45,435 bases of DNA, taken from contig NC_068982.1 of the NCBI RefSeq assembly GCF_001194135.2, positions 169,371,123 through 169,416,557 on the forward strand, read 5' to 3'. Origin of the DNA: Octopus bimaculoides (taxonomy: Eukaryota). Under the pieces are notes generated by a model, which was not told the DNA's origin, did no database searches, and saw only the letters and a list, made by a program, of their open reading frames with translations. The number at the start of each line of letters is the position of its first letter. Positions within the stretch are counted from its first letter, which is position 1. Made by a program: the position numbers and the translations under genes. Positions 1 through 12,583 of the stretch are shown piece after piece.

Positions 1-1440
1 AAATCTTTTGAGCGGGATCGTTACCAGTGCACCTGGACTGGCTCATGTGTGAGCGACACATGAAATATTTCGAGCAAGATCATTGCCAGTGCCCCTGGAC
101 TGGCTCTTGTGCGGGTGACACATGAAATTATTCGAGTGAGTTCGTTGCCACTACCTCTGAACTGGCTCTTGTGTGGGACAGTAGTAGGATTTTCGAGCGA
201 GATCGTTGCCGGTGCCCCTGGACTGGCTCATGTGCGGGCGACGCATGAAATCTTTTGAGCGGGATCGTTACCAGTGCACCTGGACTGGCTCATGTGTGAG
301 CGACACATGAAATATTTCGAGCAAGATCATTGCCAGTGCCCCTGGACTGGCTCTTGTGCGGGCGACACATGAGATTTTTCGAGCGAGATCGTTGCTGGTG
401 CCCCTGGACTAGCTCATGTGTGGGCGACACATGAGGATTTTCGAGCGAGATCGTTGCCAGTGCCCCTGGACTGGCTCATGTGCGAGCGACACATGAAATC
501 TTTCGAGCGGGATCGTTGCCGGGCCCCTGGACTAGCTCATGTGTGGGCGACACATCAGGTTTTTCGAGCGAGATCGTTGCTGGTGCCCCTGGACTGGTTC
601 TTGTGCGGGTGACACATGAAATGTTTCGNNNNNNNNNNNNNNNNNNNNNNNNNNNNNNNNNNNNNNNNNNNNNNNNNNNNNNNNNNNNNNNNNNNNNNNN
701 NNNNNNNNNNNNNNNNNNNNNNNNNNNNNNNNNNNNNNNNNNNNNNNNNNNNNNNNNNNNNNNNNNNNNNNNNNNNNNNNNNNNNNNNNNNNNNNNNNNN
801 NNNNNNNNNNNNNNNNNNNNNNNNNNNNNNNNNNNNNNNNNNNNNNNNNNNNNNNNNNNNNNNNNNNNNNNNNNNNNNNNNNNNNNNNNNNNNNNNNNNN
901 NNNNNNNNNNNNNNNNNNNNNNNNNNNNNNNNNNNNNNNNNNNNNNNNNNNNNNNNNNNNNNNNNNNNNNNNNNNNNNNNNNNNNNNNNNNNNNNNNNNN
1001 NNNNNNNNNNNNNNNNNNNNNNNNNNNNNNNNNNNNNNNNNNNNNNNNNNNNNNNNNNNNNNNNNNNNNNNNNNNNNNNNNNNNNNNNNNNNNNNNNNNN
1101 NNNNNNNNNNNNNNNNNNNNNNNNNNNNNNNNNNNNNNNNNNNNNNNNNNNNNNNNNNNNNNNNNNNNNNNNNNNNNNNNNNNNNNNNNNNNNNNNNNNN
1201 NNNNNNNNNNNNNNNNNNNNNNNNNNNNNNNNNNNNNNNNNNNNNNNNNNNNNNNNNNNNNNNNNNNNNNGATCGTTGCCGGTGCCCCTGGGCTGGCTCT
1301 TGTGCGGGTGACACATGAGGTTTTTCAAGCGAGATCGTTGCCAGTGCCCCTGGGCTGGCTCTTGTGTGGGTGATACATGGAATTTCTTCGAGCGAGTTCG
1401 TTGCCGGTGCCAGTACCGCCTGACTGGCCTTCGTGCGGGT
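1..1440 (+). repeat. ~61-bp-unit tandem satellite (interrupted by gap 629-1270) derived from the RTE 3' region
   Basis: The unit gagcgagatcgttgccagtgcccctggactggctcttgtgcgggcgacacatgaaatttttc repeats on both sides of the gap. It runs directly into the RTE-type 3' end at 1441-1612. Confidence 0.9.
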
Positions 1441-1612
1441 GACACGTAAAAGCACCTACTACACTCTCTGAGTGGTTGGCGTTAGGAAGGGCATCCAGCT
1501 GTAGAAACTCTGCCAAATCAGATTGGAGCCTGGTGTAGCCATCTGGTTTCACCAGTCCTCAGTCAAATTGTCCAACCCATGCTAGCAATGGAAAGCGGAC
1601 GTTATACGACGA
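1441..1612 (+). mobile_element. RTE LINE 3' end
   Basis: ...ggttggcgttaggaagggcatccagctgtag...ccaacccatgctagcaatggaaagcggacgtta. The same terminus follows the RTE coding relic at 5838-6750. Confidence 0.75.
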
Positions 1613-1625
1613 CAATATATATATA

Positions 1626-1827
1626 TTCTTTTATTTGTTTCAGTCATTTGACTGCAGCCATGCTGGAACATCGTCTTTAGTCAAATAAATCGACTCCAGG
1701 ACTTATTCTTTGTAAGCCTAGTACTTATTCTATCAGTCTCTTTTGCCAAACCACTAAGTTATAGGGATGTAAACACACCAACATCGGTTGTCAAGTGATG
1801 GTGGGGGGACAAACACAGACACACACA

Positions 1828-1864
<37 letters not shown>

Positions 1865-2039
1865 ACACACACGCCCACACACACACACACAAACACATAT
1901 GCACACACTCACATATAAACGATGGGCTTCTTTCAGCTTCTGTCTACCACTCCCAAATCTTTGGTTGACCAAAGGCTACAGTAGAAGACACTTGCCCAAG
2001 GTGTCACAGTGTGACTGAACCTGGAACCATGTGGTTGGA
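1626..2039 (-). mobile_element. SINE family A (tRNA-type head, internal CA microsatellite), 5'-truncated
   Basis: Reverse complement of the full copy at 24217-24726; (CA)n at about 1814-1900. Confidence 0.8.
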
Positions 2040-2042
2040 TAT

Positions 2043-2043
<1 letters not shown>

Positions 2044-2078
<35 letters not shown>

Positions 2079-2198
2079 GTTTAACGTCTGCTTTCCATGC
2101 TAGCATGGGTTGGACGATTTGACTGAGGACTGGTGAAACCGGATGGCAACACCAGGCTCCAATCTAAATTTGGCAGAGTTTCTACAGCTGGATGCCCT
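2044..2198 (-). mobile_element. RTE 3' end with (GAT)n tail
   Basis: (cat)n-cgtttaacgtctgctttccatgctagcatgggttgg signature. Confidence 0.8.
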
Positions 2199-2420
2199 TA
2201 TATATATATATACATATAATAGAAATATGTTACAAAAGCAAAATAGAAACTACACATGGAAATATAAGGGAAAAGTAAGAAGAAAAATTAGCGAAAATGC
2301 ACATTGGAAATCAAAAAAAGTAAAGGCTTTTTATGAAAAGTAACGATAGATATAAACAATTAGATGAACTGAGGCAGGAATAAAGGTAATAAAAGTCATT
2401 ATTATGAGTTAGTAAAGAGA

Positions 2421-2466
2421 TTCAAAAGCATACCGGTTTCGTAATATTACTAATCATTGCTTTGAA
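2421..2466 (-). ncRNA. Minimal type-I hammerhead ribozyme-like motif, Penelope type, with variant core
   Basis: The minus strand reads ttcaaagca-ATGATTA-gta(atat)tac-GAAA-c(cg)g-TA-tgcttttgaa. This gives stems I, II and III in hammerhead order, with the core differing from CUGAUGA only at positions 3 and 8. Confidence 0.55.
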
Positions 2467-3334
2467 TGCACACCGAATACTGAACGGTGTCAGGTCTACT
2501 AGTCCCTGAGTAAAAAGATTATGTGTAGGCGAGGTAAGTAGTTCTGGATTTGGTGCAATTAGGGTAGATCTAGATCTGTAATGTGAATGGTGTATGGGAT
2601 GTATGGGGGTTAGTGGTATTAAATGAAAGGTTAGTAGTGTTCTATATTATGTTATGTGTTCATATTTAGTTGTAGAAGATATTTATTGATGAAAGTTGCC
2701 TCTTTATTCATTCTTTGTTGTACTGCCACCACCACCACCACCACCACCACTCAACTCCAAGTGTGTTACTAAACATTAACAAATGTTGGTTTTAAGTCTT
2801 GATGCAAGGTCAGCAATTTTGGGAGAAAGGGATAATTCGATTATATTGACCCCCAATACATAACTGGAATTTTTTTCATTGAAATTTTTTCATTGAAGGG
2901 ATGAAGGGCAAAGTCCACCTTGGTGGAATTCTGCTCAATCACTGCCCTAGACATTTATAAATATTAACACCGATAACACAACAATCATAAATGCTACCAC
3001 TAACACTGTCATAATCATAACCGCTTGAGCTGTACCCCACACAGAGGCACCACACTGCTAGAAATAACAGTCAAAGCCTTCACATAATGTTATCTTTAAA
3101 AATGAAAAACACATTGGATAATGAAGCCCTAGATACACTAAACCTGAAAACAAAATGGAATGGTCATGGCCTGAAAACCTTTGATCATAGATTTAGGGCT
3201 AAACAACAACAACAACATACAACTGCTATAAGACCACTGCCACTGTTACTCCCACCACTGTCATCACCATGTGACACAGACACATACTAGAACGAGTACC
3301 ACCACTATGGGTGTCATAGCAAACATAGAAACAT

Positions 3335-3713
3335 CTTGGCACACCATCGGTTACGACGATGAAAGTTCCAGTTGAACCGATTAATGCAACAACCTGCTTG
3401 TGAAATTAATGTGCAAGTGGCTGAGCACTCCACAAACACATGTACCCTTAACGTAGTTCTCAGGGAGATTCAGCATGTCACAGTGTGACAAGGCTGGCCC
3501 TTTGAAATACAGGTACAATAGAAACAGGAAGTAAGAGTGAGAGAAAGTTATGGTGAAAGACTACAGTAGGGTTCGCCACTACCCCCTGCCGAAGCCTCGT
3601 GGAGCTTTAGGTGTTTTCTTTCTATAAACACTCACAATGCCCGGTCTGGGAATCGAAACCACGATCCTACAACTTCAAATCTGCTGCCCTAACCACTGGG
3701 CCAGTGTGCCTCC
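3335..3713 (-). mobile_element. tRNA-derived SINE family D, full length with 12-bp TSD
   Basis: The minus-strand head ggcacactggcccagtggttagggcagc...ggtttcgattccc has A/B-box-like motifs. The direct repeat acatagaaacat lies at 3323-3334 and 3714-3725. Confidence 0.8.
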
Positions 3714-4619
3714 ACATAGAAACATACTAATACCACAATTGCTACCATCCCCACCACCACCACCATGTACATCACCCCCATTATACCAAAACCTTTGCAC
3801 TTAACTATGTTTATATCTACACACCAATCTGGTATGTTAGGTTATTTCAGCTAATGAAACCAATTTTATAGTTCAACTGTGTTTTGTGTTTTCTTTTTCT
3901 TTCAGAGTGTTTGGTTAGTATTGTTAGTCAATGCAATAAAAATTCTCAGCAGCAAAGTTCTTACTAACTTACTTATTTAGAATAGTTTAATTTAAGATTT
4001 ATGATATTATATATAGAACAGCAGATGGGAAATTTATAAAATGTCAAGAAAAATACTTGGTGTGTTTGGCTTTGACTTTTTGACATTCTGTGTTCAAATC
4101 CTACCCAAGTCCACTTCACCATTCATGCTTCTCAGGCCAGTTATATAAATGCCAGTTGATAAAAGGAGTATGAAAGGTTGGAATGCTGTCTATGTAATAA
4201 TTGTACCCTAGTTATGTTAGGAAACAACCCAGTTAATTTGAAATGATTGATCAGTGGTCAAGTGTACTTAGCCTTAAACGCTGCTCTATGAAGTAATTTA
4301 TTGTTGTAAGCCACAGCACTGTAAAATAGTTATACAAAAATGACTGAAGTTGGCAAATGATCTTTACTCTGGAGCAAAGATGATTATGAATAATTCGAAA
4401 AGGGAGAGCTGGTTGTTATTGTGTAATGCATTCTTTATATTTTTCTCCAATTTTCTTTTTCTTTTCACTTCAAAATGTTTCTGGGGTGATAGTACGATGC
4501 CTGTTACAATAGTTCTGGGCTTCAGTTAACAGCATTTTTGTTTCAATAGTAGAATCTTGAATTTAGTTGACAGACACTGTACAAAATCCTTTAACATATG
4601 TGTCTGTCAGCCTGTCTGT

Positions 4620-4677
4620 CTATCTTATCTATCTGTCTGTCTGTCTATCTATCTATCTTGATAGATAGTTAGATAGT

Positions 4678-4715
<38 letters not shown>
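4620..4715. repeat. Compound (TCTA)/(TCTG)/(GATA)n microsatellite
   Basis: Seen directly. Confidence 0.9.
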
Positions 4716-4718
<3 letters not shown>

Positions 4719-5837
4719 TATGTTATGGGTTTTCACATTTTGTCTGTCAACCAGATTTCACACCCAAGATATTGATCAACTCAAAATTACAAAAGAAGAC
4801 ATCTTCCCAAGGTGCCATCCAGTGGGATTAAACCTCAAACTGCATGATTGTGAAGTGAATTCCTTAACCACACATAGCTAAATAATTTCATACATTAGCA
4901 CAAAAACACATGCAGGACAGGTGACAGAACTGATTCCTTGCATAATGAAGAATGGAAAGTAAATTTGACCTCAACAGGATTTGAACTCAAAACATAAAAC
5001 TCTTCAGTTTAGAAACTTAACTATTTTCTTTGCCAGAAACAATAAAACAACAATGAAAAAAATATGCCATAATATGGGGACAGATGGTTTCAGTAACTAG
5101 TTTGTTCATGAGTGAAAAAACCAAATGATATAGTAAATATTATTTTATGGTTAAATAATGCTGTTTGACGACGGTAACTTCATTTCTAAGTCACAGTTGG
5201 CTGAGGTAAAACAAGAGTTTGTCTTCATGTCAAATTGCTGATGTTGTATTTATATTAGTGGTTAAAATAACTTAGCTCTCAAATGGCCCAATTTGTTATT
5301 TAGCCCCATACCATCCTCTACTAAGCAGACCTACAATCAAGAGCATTCCAGCCATGGCCATTCAGTCTTTCACTTCAACTCTGTGTATCTAGGACTACAT
5401 GATCCAATGTGTCCTACTCATTTCAAGATAGTAGGGAGTAGTAATTTGAAGATTTAGTTACTATTACTAGCAGGGCAGATGACTACATAAAGTTCCATTC
5501 TTTTCCTTCATTGGCTTAATTTCACTGAATTGCAAATAAGCAGTAAGCAGGGTATTAAATAATTAAGAAATATTTCATTATTCAGTAATGACTTCAGTTT
5601 CTACAATGAGACAGCGTTGGTTTTTAACAAAGTACCAGCCAAGGGCAATCATTTCTGAAAACCTCAAAAGTTGCAGCAATAAGCACTGACAATTAGTGAG
5701 GAGTTAGGATTGTCACAGTAAATATTGGGTCGCAGGCAGAAGTTTAATGATTCATATCCTGTTTATAATGTTGCATTGTGCCTTAGACAAGACCCTCAAA
5801 ACTTGAGCTGTCTAGTCCAATTAATCATCATTGACGT

Positions 5838-6750
5838 CATCATCATCATCATTTAACATCTGTTGTCCAAGCTGACATGGGTTGTATGGTTTGACTAGAG
5901 CTGGCAAGCTGAAGAGCTGCACCAGACACCAGTCTGATTTGGTATGGTTTCTATGGCTGGATACCCTTTCTAATGCCAAGCACTTTACAGAGTGTGCCAG
6001 GTGCTTTCACATGGTACTGCATGGACACTTTTAAATGGCACTTCCATGAATGGTTTACACCACCAGAGGGATCAGTCTTAACACTTCTTCTGCAGAGTCT
6101 TCTTGATTACAGCAAGGCGCCAAGCATCTTAGTTCTTTGTCATCTCACCTGAAAGGTTCAACATCCTAAGGTCATTCTTCAGTACTTCATTCCTTGTTTT
6201 CCTGGGTCTCCCACTTCCACATGTTCCATCTATTTTGAGAGATTGACACTTCTTTATAGAGCTGTCGGCATCCATCTGCATGACATAACCAAATCAGCGC
6301 AGTTGTCTGTCTTGTACACAATAACTAATTCCTGAACATGTACATTTACATTACACATCCAGGGGAGCATACTAGTCTCATTCCTTTCTAACCTTCACAT
6401 GTCCTCTGCATTCATGGCCCATGTCTCACTACCAAGTAGAATTGCTGACCACATACATGCATCATACAATCTTCCTTTCACTTGGACAGAAAAACTGTTC
6501 GTGACCAACAGAGGTAACAAATCTCTTAATTTCCTCCATCTTACTTTTATTCTAGGTATCACACCCTCCGTGCATCCTCCCCCACTACTAATTTGGTTCC
6601 CTAGGTAGCAGAAATTATCTACTACCTCTAAAGAGCCACCAGAACATTTGAGAAAATCAATTTCCTGAGTCTCTAAAGTTTATATAGATCCTCTTTATCT
6701 TCCAAATACAAAAACTATCTTCTCTGACAACCTTTTAAATATGTAAAAAT
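5838..6750 (-). mobile_element. RTE-clade LINE 3' fragment (degenerate RT C-terminus + 3' UTR + GAT tail)
   Basis: Minus-strand translation with stops: LEVVDNFCYLGNQISSGGGC...KGRLYDACMWSAILLGSETWAM...GRPRKTRNEVLKNDL. It is contiguous with the (cat)n tail at about 5838. Confidence 0.85.
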
Positions 6751-7752
6751 GCTGAATGGGCTCACAAAGCTTAGCCACTGAACCATTGTGAAACCAAATG
6801 AATATTTTGCATTCCTTCAGAATATGTCAGCCAAATTAACCAAGAAGTTATTCTCAATCTGCCATTCATTGCAATTACACAATGTGTCCTGCCACTCCCA
6901 GGGTGAACCAAAGAAGGCTTTCAATATGGTAGTTGTCAAGCCTAATAGAAATAGTAATAAAATTTTCTTCAAATCACAAACTACTATCTTTTAAAAAGAA
7001 AGAGGAAAAATAAGGACACATCAGTTAATGTGGTTCTTGGATGCAGAATGTTAGAGATCAAAATGGAATGGTTACAACTTCAAATTCCTTGTATCATAGG
7101 TCGTTTTGATCAGGGATGACTCAGCAAGGATGATGATGATGATGGTGATGACACTACCACCAATGTTGCTGCTACTGACATTAACTCTGATGATGATGAT
7201 GATGACGATGACAACAGCACCACCAACAACAACATTAACAGCAACAAGTGGCAACAATAATTTCTATTTATTTACAAAATTTGCACATATTTACCTCTTC
7301 ATTCTTCTATCTGTTCTAGTCACCAGACTGTGGCCATGCTGGAGCACTGCTTTGAAGGGCTGTAGTCAATCATATTGACCCCTCCACTACTTACTTTAAA
7401 ATCTAATGCTTAATTTAGCAATCTTTTTTTAGTTGCATCACTGGGTTACAGGACATGCACACAACCATTGATTTTTCAAACCATGGTAACACAAACACAG
7501 CAGATATAGAGACATAACATGCAGACACATACACACACATATATGCCTACATACATACATCATACATAAATGATGGGCTTCTGCACATTTTCCATCGCCT
7601 AATTTCACTCACAAAACATTGGTTAGCTCAAGACTACAGTAGAAGTTCCCTATCCTAGATGCCATGCAATAGGACTGAATCTGGGACCACATGAAGTAGA
7701 GTAAAACCCATAAACCTTATAAGTCATACTGAAGTTGATTTATAGTTTCAAC

Positions 7753-8047
7753 CAAGGGTTTTCAAACTGTGGTCCGCAGACCACAGGGGGTCCGCAAGGA
7801 CAAGACAGGAGGTCCGTAGACAGCAAATACTTTTTATGGGCAATTTGATTTTATATGTTTTTTAATCAAAATCTTTTAATTGACAATAAACCTATTTGTT
7901 AAATACTGTTAAATAAATAAATGTAAAAGTATATGTTATTTTAAGCAAATATTTATGTATAAATTTCATAAGCATTTATAAGGGGGTCCCTAAGGTAAAG
8001 CCTGAAATATAAAGGGGTCTGCAAGTCAAAAAGTTTGAAAACCCCTG
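7753..8047. mobile_element. hAT-type MITE
   Basis: TIRs caagggttttcaaact (7753-7768) and agtttgaaaacccctg (8032-8047). The 8-bp TSD is gtttcaac/gtttaaac (1 mismatch). Confidence 0.85.
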
Positions 8048-9639
8048 GTTTAAACAACCATAGCTCAATATGTCTTACTTTGTTTTTGATATGAAAATGA
8101 GAGAAAGACAAACAAGAAGTTATAGTAGTGGAGAGACAAGTGTGAGAGACAATATGGTTGAGAGGAATAAGATGGAAGGATGATACAAGTACAACACACA
8201 TTTTCAGTTCAAGTGAGAAATGGCAGTCATAGCAGAGATAGAGAAATGATAGTAAATTTCTGGACAGAAGTATTCTTATTAAGTCTACCGACTTTTTTGT
8301 CCTGAATCTAGTTGAGAATGTTATATGGTCACTGTTTAGTCACATGTATGAGAAGCACCTTGAAACAGGATGTAATGGTGCCTTGTCGAAAGTAAGAGCC
8401 AGGAAGAGTTAAATCTCCAGGTCATGGCCATTATACAGAACTGGTATTGATGTATAAATCATCAACATCCAAGCCAGTAAGGTCAGCTACTTACTCAACC
8501 AGCTGTGCAGTACTTTAATATATCTATATATTGATTCGTAGACATACTGGTCCTATATCTGGGTGTAATATACACAGGAATGCTGTGATAAAATCACGAT
8601 TATATACAGAAAAAAAAAGACATTTTTAAAAATCGTTTCCCCTTATGTAATGATATTCTTGCAATTCAAAATTCACCTAGTTTATAATTTTATTTGAACT
8701 CCTGAATTTATTTGAATTGTTGTATCAACAATTTTTTAAGTAGTGGTATATGATTGTATTTAAGTATTTGTCACTATTGATTTATATGTTCTTATCAATG
8801 AGTGAATCTTATGTGTAGAGACATTTTCTTATATACTGAGAAACAAAAACAAAATCTCCAACAACTACACACTGATAAATTGGACTGACAAGGGGTTTTT
8901 ATTTTGTACAAATCTGGTTTAATAAATTTGATGCATGACAGCTACCATGACACATGTGAGCAATGTTTCCTGGAAAATTGTACAAGATGATATAAATTTA
9001 ACTTTTATTTTAAAGCCTTTTTTTTTGTCTACTAGTGCAGCAGACTGTAAAAGTTATTTTTACTTGCTTCAACATGATGTTACACAAGAGATGAAATAGC
9101 ATTTCATGAAAGTTTGAAGGTATTTCCCTATAAGGTTTGCATAAAATCAAATCATTGGTTGTTAATTTCAGTGCCTTTGAATCTAAAAAGTCTTATTTTT
9201 AATGACATTATAATATAATATGAGAATAAGATAATATGTCTGTTTATATTGTTTAACATTGTGTAAGGCCTAAATAAATTGACTTATTATCACTATGATC
9301 AAAAGCAATCAAGCTTTTATCTTTTTTTTTTCATTTTCAGGCACATGTATCTAGGACCATATTAGCCAATGTACACTTCTTCCTTTTGAAACAGTAGAGT
9401 GGTATTTAAGAGAGATTTAGCAGCTATTTCTTGCAAACTGAACGACCATGTATAAGCTCCCTTGTTGTCACATGTTAATTCTAAGTATTTCTAACTCATT
9501 GTATACATTAAATTTTGGCTGTTTTCTAAACAGAAGATCATCATCTGAATGTTTTAGATAGAGCTAGGGCNNNNNNNNNNGGGGGGGGGGGTCTTTTCAA
9601 AAACACTGAAGAGGGCCATGAGTTGTCCAGGTAGGCCCT

Positions 9640-9905
9640 TGGATGGAGGGAGTGCTTCAATATAATTCCTTTTCTCAACTAAATAGTCTGCATCTCCTAC
9701 TGCTGTTGAGGTAGGTTCTATACTTTTCTATCAGTCTCCACTTAATATTATACTGTGTTGCATTTTATTTCATTATCCATATATGCCTCACCAATCTCGT
9801 GTCATCTTTCCTGGATATTAAACAAGGACTTGTGGTTAATTAACCTGGCCTTGAAGGGGCCTTTTGTCACACTCACATATTTCTGTATATTTGGCACCCT
9901 CTAGG
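9640..9905 (-). mobile_element. Penelope-like element, GIY-YIG endonuclease relic
   Basis: Minus-strand translation with a frameshift and stops: QKYVSVTKGPFKARLINHKSLF.../TRLVRHIWIMK*NATQYNIKWRLIEKYRTYLNSSRRCRLFS*EK. This resembles the PLE GIY-YIG C-terminal pattern as I recall it. Confidence 0.7.
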
Positions 9906-12141
9906 ATAAATGACAGTTTCTGTATTACATTAACCATTTAGTGGGAATGTAGTGTTACTGCTGCATGAACAGTCATCCTCCATGTTAAAGTCTTTTTCAC
10001 TAGGTTTACAGCTAAATGCTTTATGCTACATGTGTAGTGAAAAGAAACCCTTAGAGTATGTCTATTAAATATTTTTCTGTACCTGCATGTTTATGGAAAA
10101 TGAAAGAGCTTGCCTACACAAGTTTTAACATTAAGAGAAAATAGGTGTGTTAACCATTTGCATACAATGGCATTTTCAATTGGTGGGATTAGGGTTGGCG
10201 ATAAAACTAATATTATTTTTTAAACATATAGCAACCAAGGCTTCTCATAGTACAAGGCCACAGCATTGAAGATCCTATATGAAGACAGGCTGGGGATTCT
10301 TTTGTTAATCTCCTTCATTGGGCTTTTGAAAACTATGGCTGGATGGCAGGTGGGGGGGTGTTGATATATGTCAGCCTCTCATTTGATTTTTGGAAAGGTT
10401 TATAGTTACCTGTGTCTGCATCTAATGTCACATCCAGGTTGATCTCTACTGTGACTTTGGCCCCAAAGAATGAGCTAGGTCTTTCTTGAGCTTATCAAAT
10501 GTATGATTGTTCGCCCACCCGCCCTAATTCTTGATAATACTAAGACTGTCCCTATATGGACCAAAGCTAGCAAAAAAAAAATTTCTTACTAAGCATATTT
10601 GGGGATACAGTAGAAAACACTTGCCTAATGTGCCATGCAATAGGACTGAACCTGAAACCAAGTGGTTAGGAAGCGAGCTTCTTAACCACACATCACCATG
10701 ACATGATACAGAAATTAATATTTTAATTTATTTTCATGTAATGATTAGATGAGTGTAGAGTGTAATGTATATGACAGTTATGACATATAGCTAACAAGTT
10801 ATTGATCATCCACTCAATAGAGGACAGTAGCAAGGGACAAAAAATGGTGAGACTTTTGAAAGAAAGTTGGTTGGAGAAAACAAATAAAATATGTGAGTGG
10901 CGTGACAAAAAGAAAAGAGAAAAAGAGCAAACCAATCAAATATTATGGCTTGAAAACTGAAGACACAAAAAAATGATAAAATAAAATAATGTAATGTCAA
11001 TATTGTCATTCAAAGTTTATTCAGTCAATGAAGATATTTGTCTACTTGAGTGAAATATCTTATCATCATTTTGAATAATGGCATAAATTTTATATTTTTA
11101 AATTTAAATTAATGACTTTATAAAAGCAAAACTTTTATAAAAGTGGAACAAAGGCAGAGTCTTTTGAGCATTGGACAAAATGCTTTGCAGTATTTATTTC
11201 AACTCTGTTCAAATCCTGCTGAGGTCATCCTTGTCTTCCATCCTATTGGGAGTCAATAAAAAAAGTGCCAATCTAAGGTATGTTGAACAGATGCTTGCAG
11301 TATTTCTTCCAGCTCTTTGTATTCTGAGTTCAAATTCCATCATGGCCAACTGGGATAGCAGACTTACTCCTTTTCTTGGTTTAAAACCACCACCACTTGG
11401 CACCTTCAGTGTCTTTGGCAGAGTCTACTATCTTGCTAGCATTTGGGCCAGGTTTTCAGTTTGAGGCTACCTTCCTCCCATGAATCCCCAGAGGCCCAGT
11501 AATGGGTCATGAGCTCTGCTACTAAAAGATAAAAATAAAATCTAACAGTTTAAGATTAAATCTATTGTTGGTGAATGGTGGTTCAGCTGTGACTCAGGTT
11601 TCATAAAATGATAATAGCCAATCAAACATATTGATCAGAATGGTCAATGTGTGACAGATATCGGTCACTTCTCAAATGTGTATATATACAAAGGAATTTT
11701 TATATGTACACACCTACACATTGACGCAAATAGATAGAGATGTATTTTATTACTTATTGTAAAAAAAACAAGAACAGTGCTGCTGACGTTTTTCATGACC
11801 TGCAAAACTTATAAGGTAGGCATGTTTAAAGAGACAACAAGACAAAGGTTGCTTAAGTACAAAGTAGAGTATCAGAAGGTTGAATTGTCCTCAAACATGA
11901 GTGACCTCATTAAAATACTTGCAACATGGGTGAACTTTACTGAAGATACTTAAGGGTCAGGTGGTGTTAAACTAAGCAATAGATTAAGTATATACAATAA
12001 CAAGCATAATCCATCCAAGTATTAAAAGACATTGACTCAAGGAGTTGGATTGAATCCATAACCATTAGTGCCGATGATAAGCTCCAGGGAAAACAGATAA
12101 GTGAACTGGGCCTAATTCCCAGTTGTAATTTTGCCAATTCT

Positions 12142-12583
12142 GATAATCATCATCATCATCATCATCGATTAACGTCCGCTTTCCATGCTAGCATGGGTTG
12201 GACGATTTGACTGAGGATAATGTCTTTGAGAAAGTATAANNNNNNNNNNNNNNNNNNNNNNNNNNNNNNNNNNNNNNNNNNNNNNNNNNNNNNNNNNNNN
12301 NNNNNNNNNNNNNNNNNNNNNNNNNNNNNNNNNNNNNNNNNNNNNNNNNNNNNNNNNNNNNNNNNNNNNNNNNNNNNNNNNNNNNNNNNNNNNNNNNNNN
12401 NNNNNNNNNNNNNNNNNNNNNNNNNNNNNNNNNNNNNNNNNNNNNNNNNNNNNNNNNNNNNNNNNNNNNNNNNNNNNNNNNNNNNGATAATCATCATCAT
12501 CATCATCATCGATTAACGTCCGCTTTCCATGCTAGCATGGGTTGGACGATTTGACTGAGGATAATGTCTTTGAGAAAGTATAA
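12142..12583. other. Identical 98-bp sequence on both sides of a gap (probable assembly overlap)
   Basis: 12142-12239 is identical to 12486-12583, including the (cat)6 count. Confidence 0.8.

Noticed and set aside
1-628. Regularly spaced repeats as a possible CRISPR array
   Set aside because: The units are contiguous with no unique spacers, there are no cas genes, and the context is a eukaryotic retroelement.
9010-9183. Minus-strand frame DSKALKLTTNDLILCKP... as the missing last SERAC1 exon
   Set aside because: The CKP match lacks the conserved His, the spacing differs, the acceptor is weak and the downstream residues do not resemble SERAC1.
11171-11464. Short ORFs across SINE and low-complexity sequence (also 7106-7378 and 38652-39176)
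   Set aside because: They are translations of repeats, with no homology or splice support.
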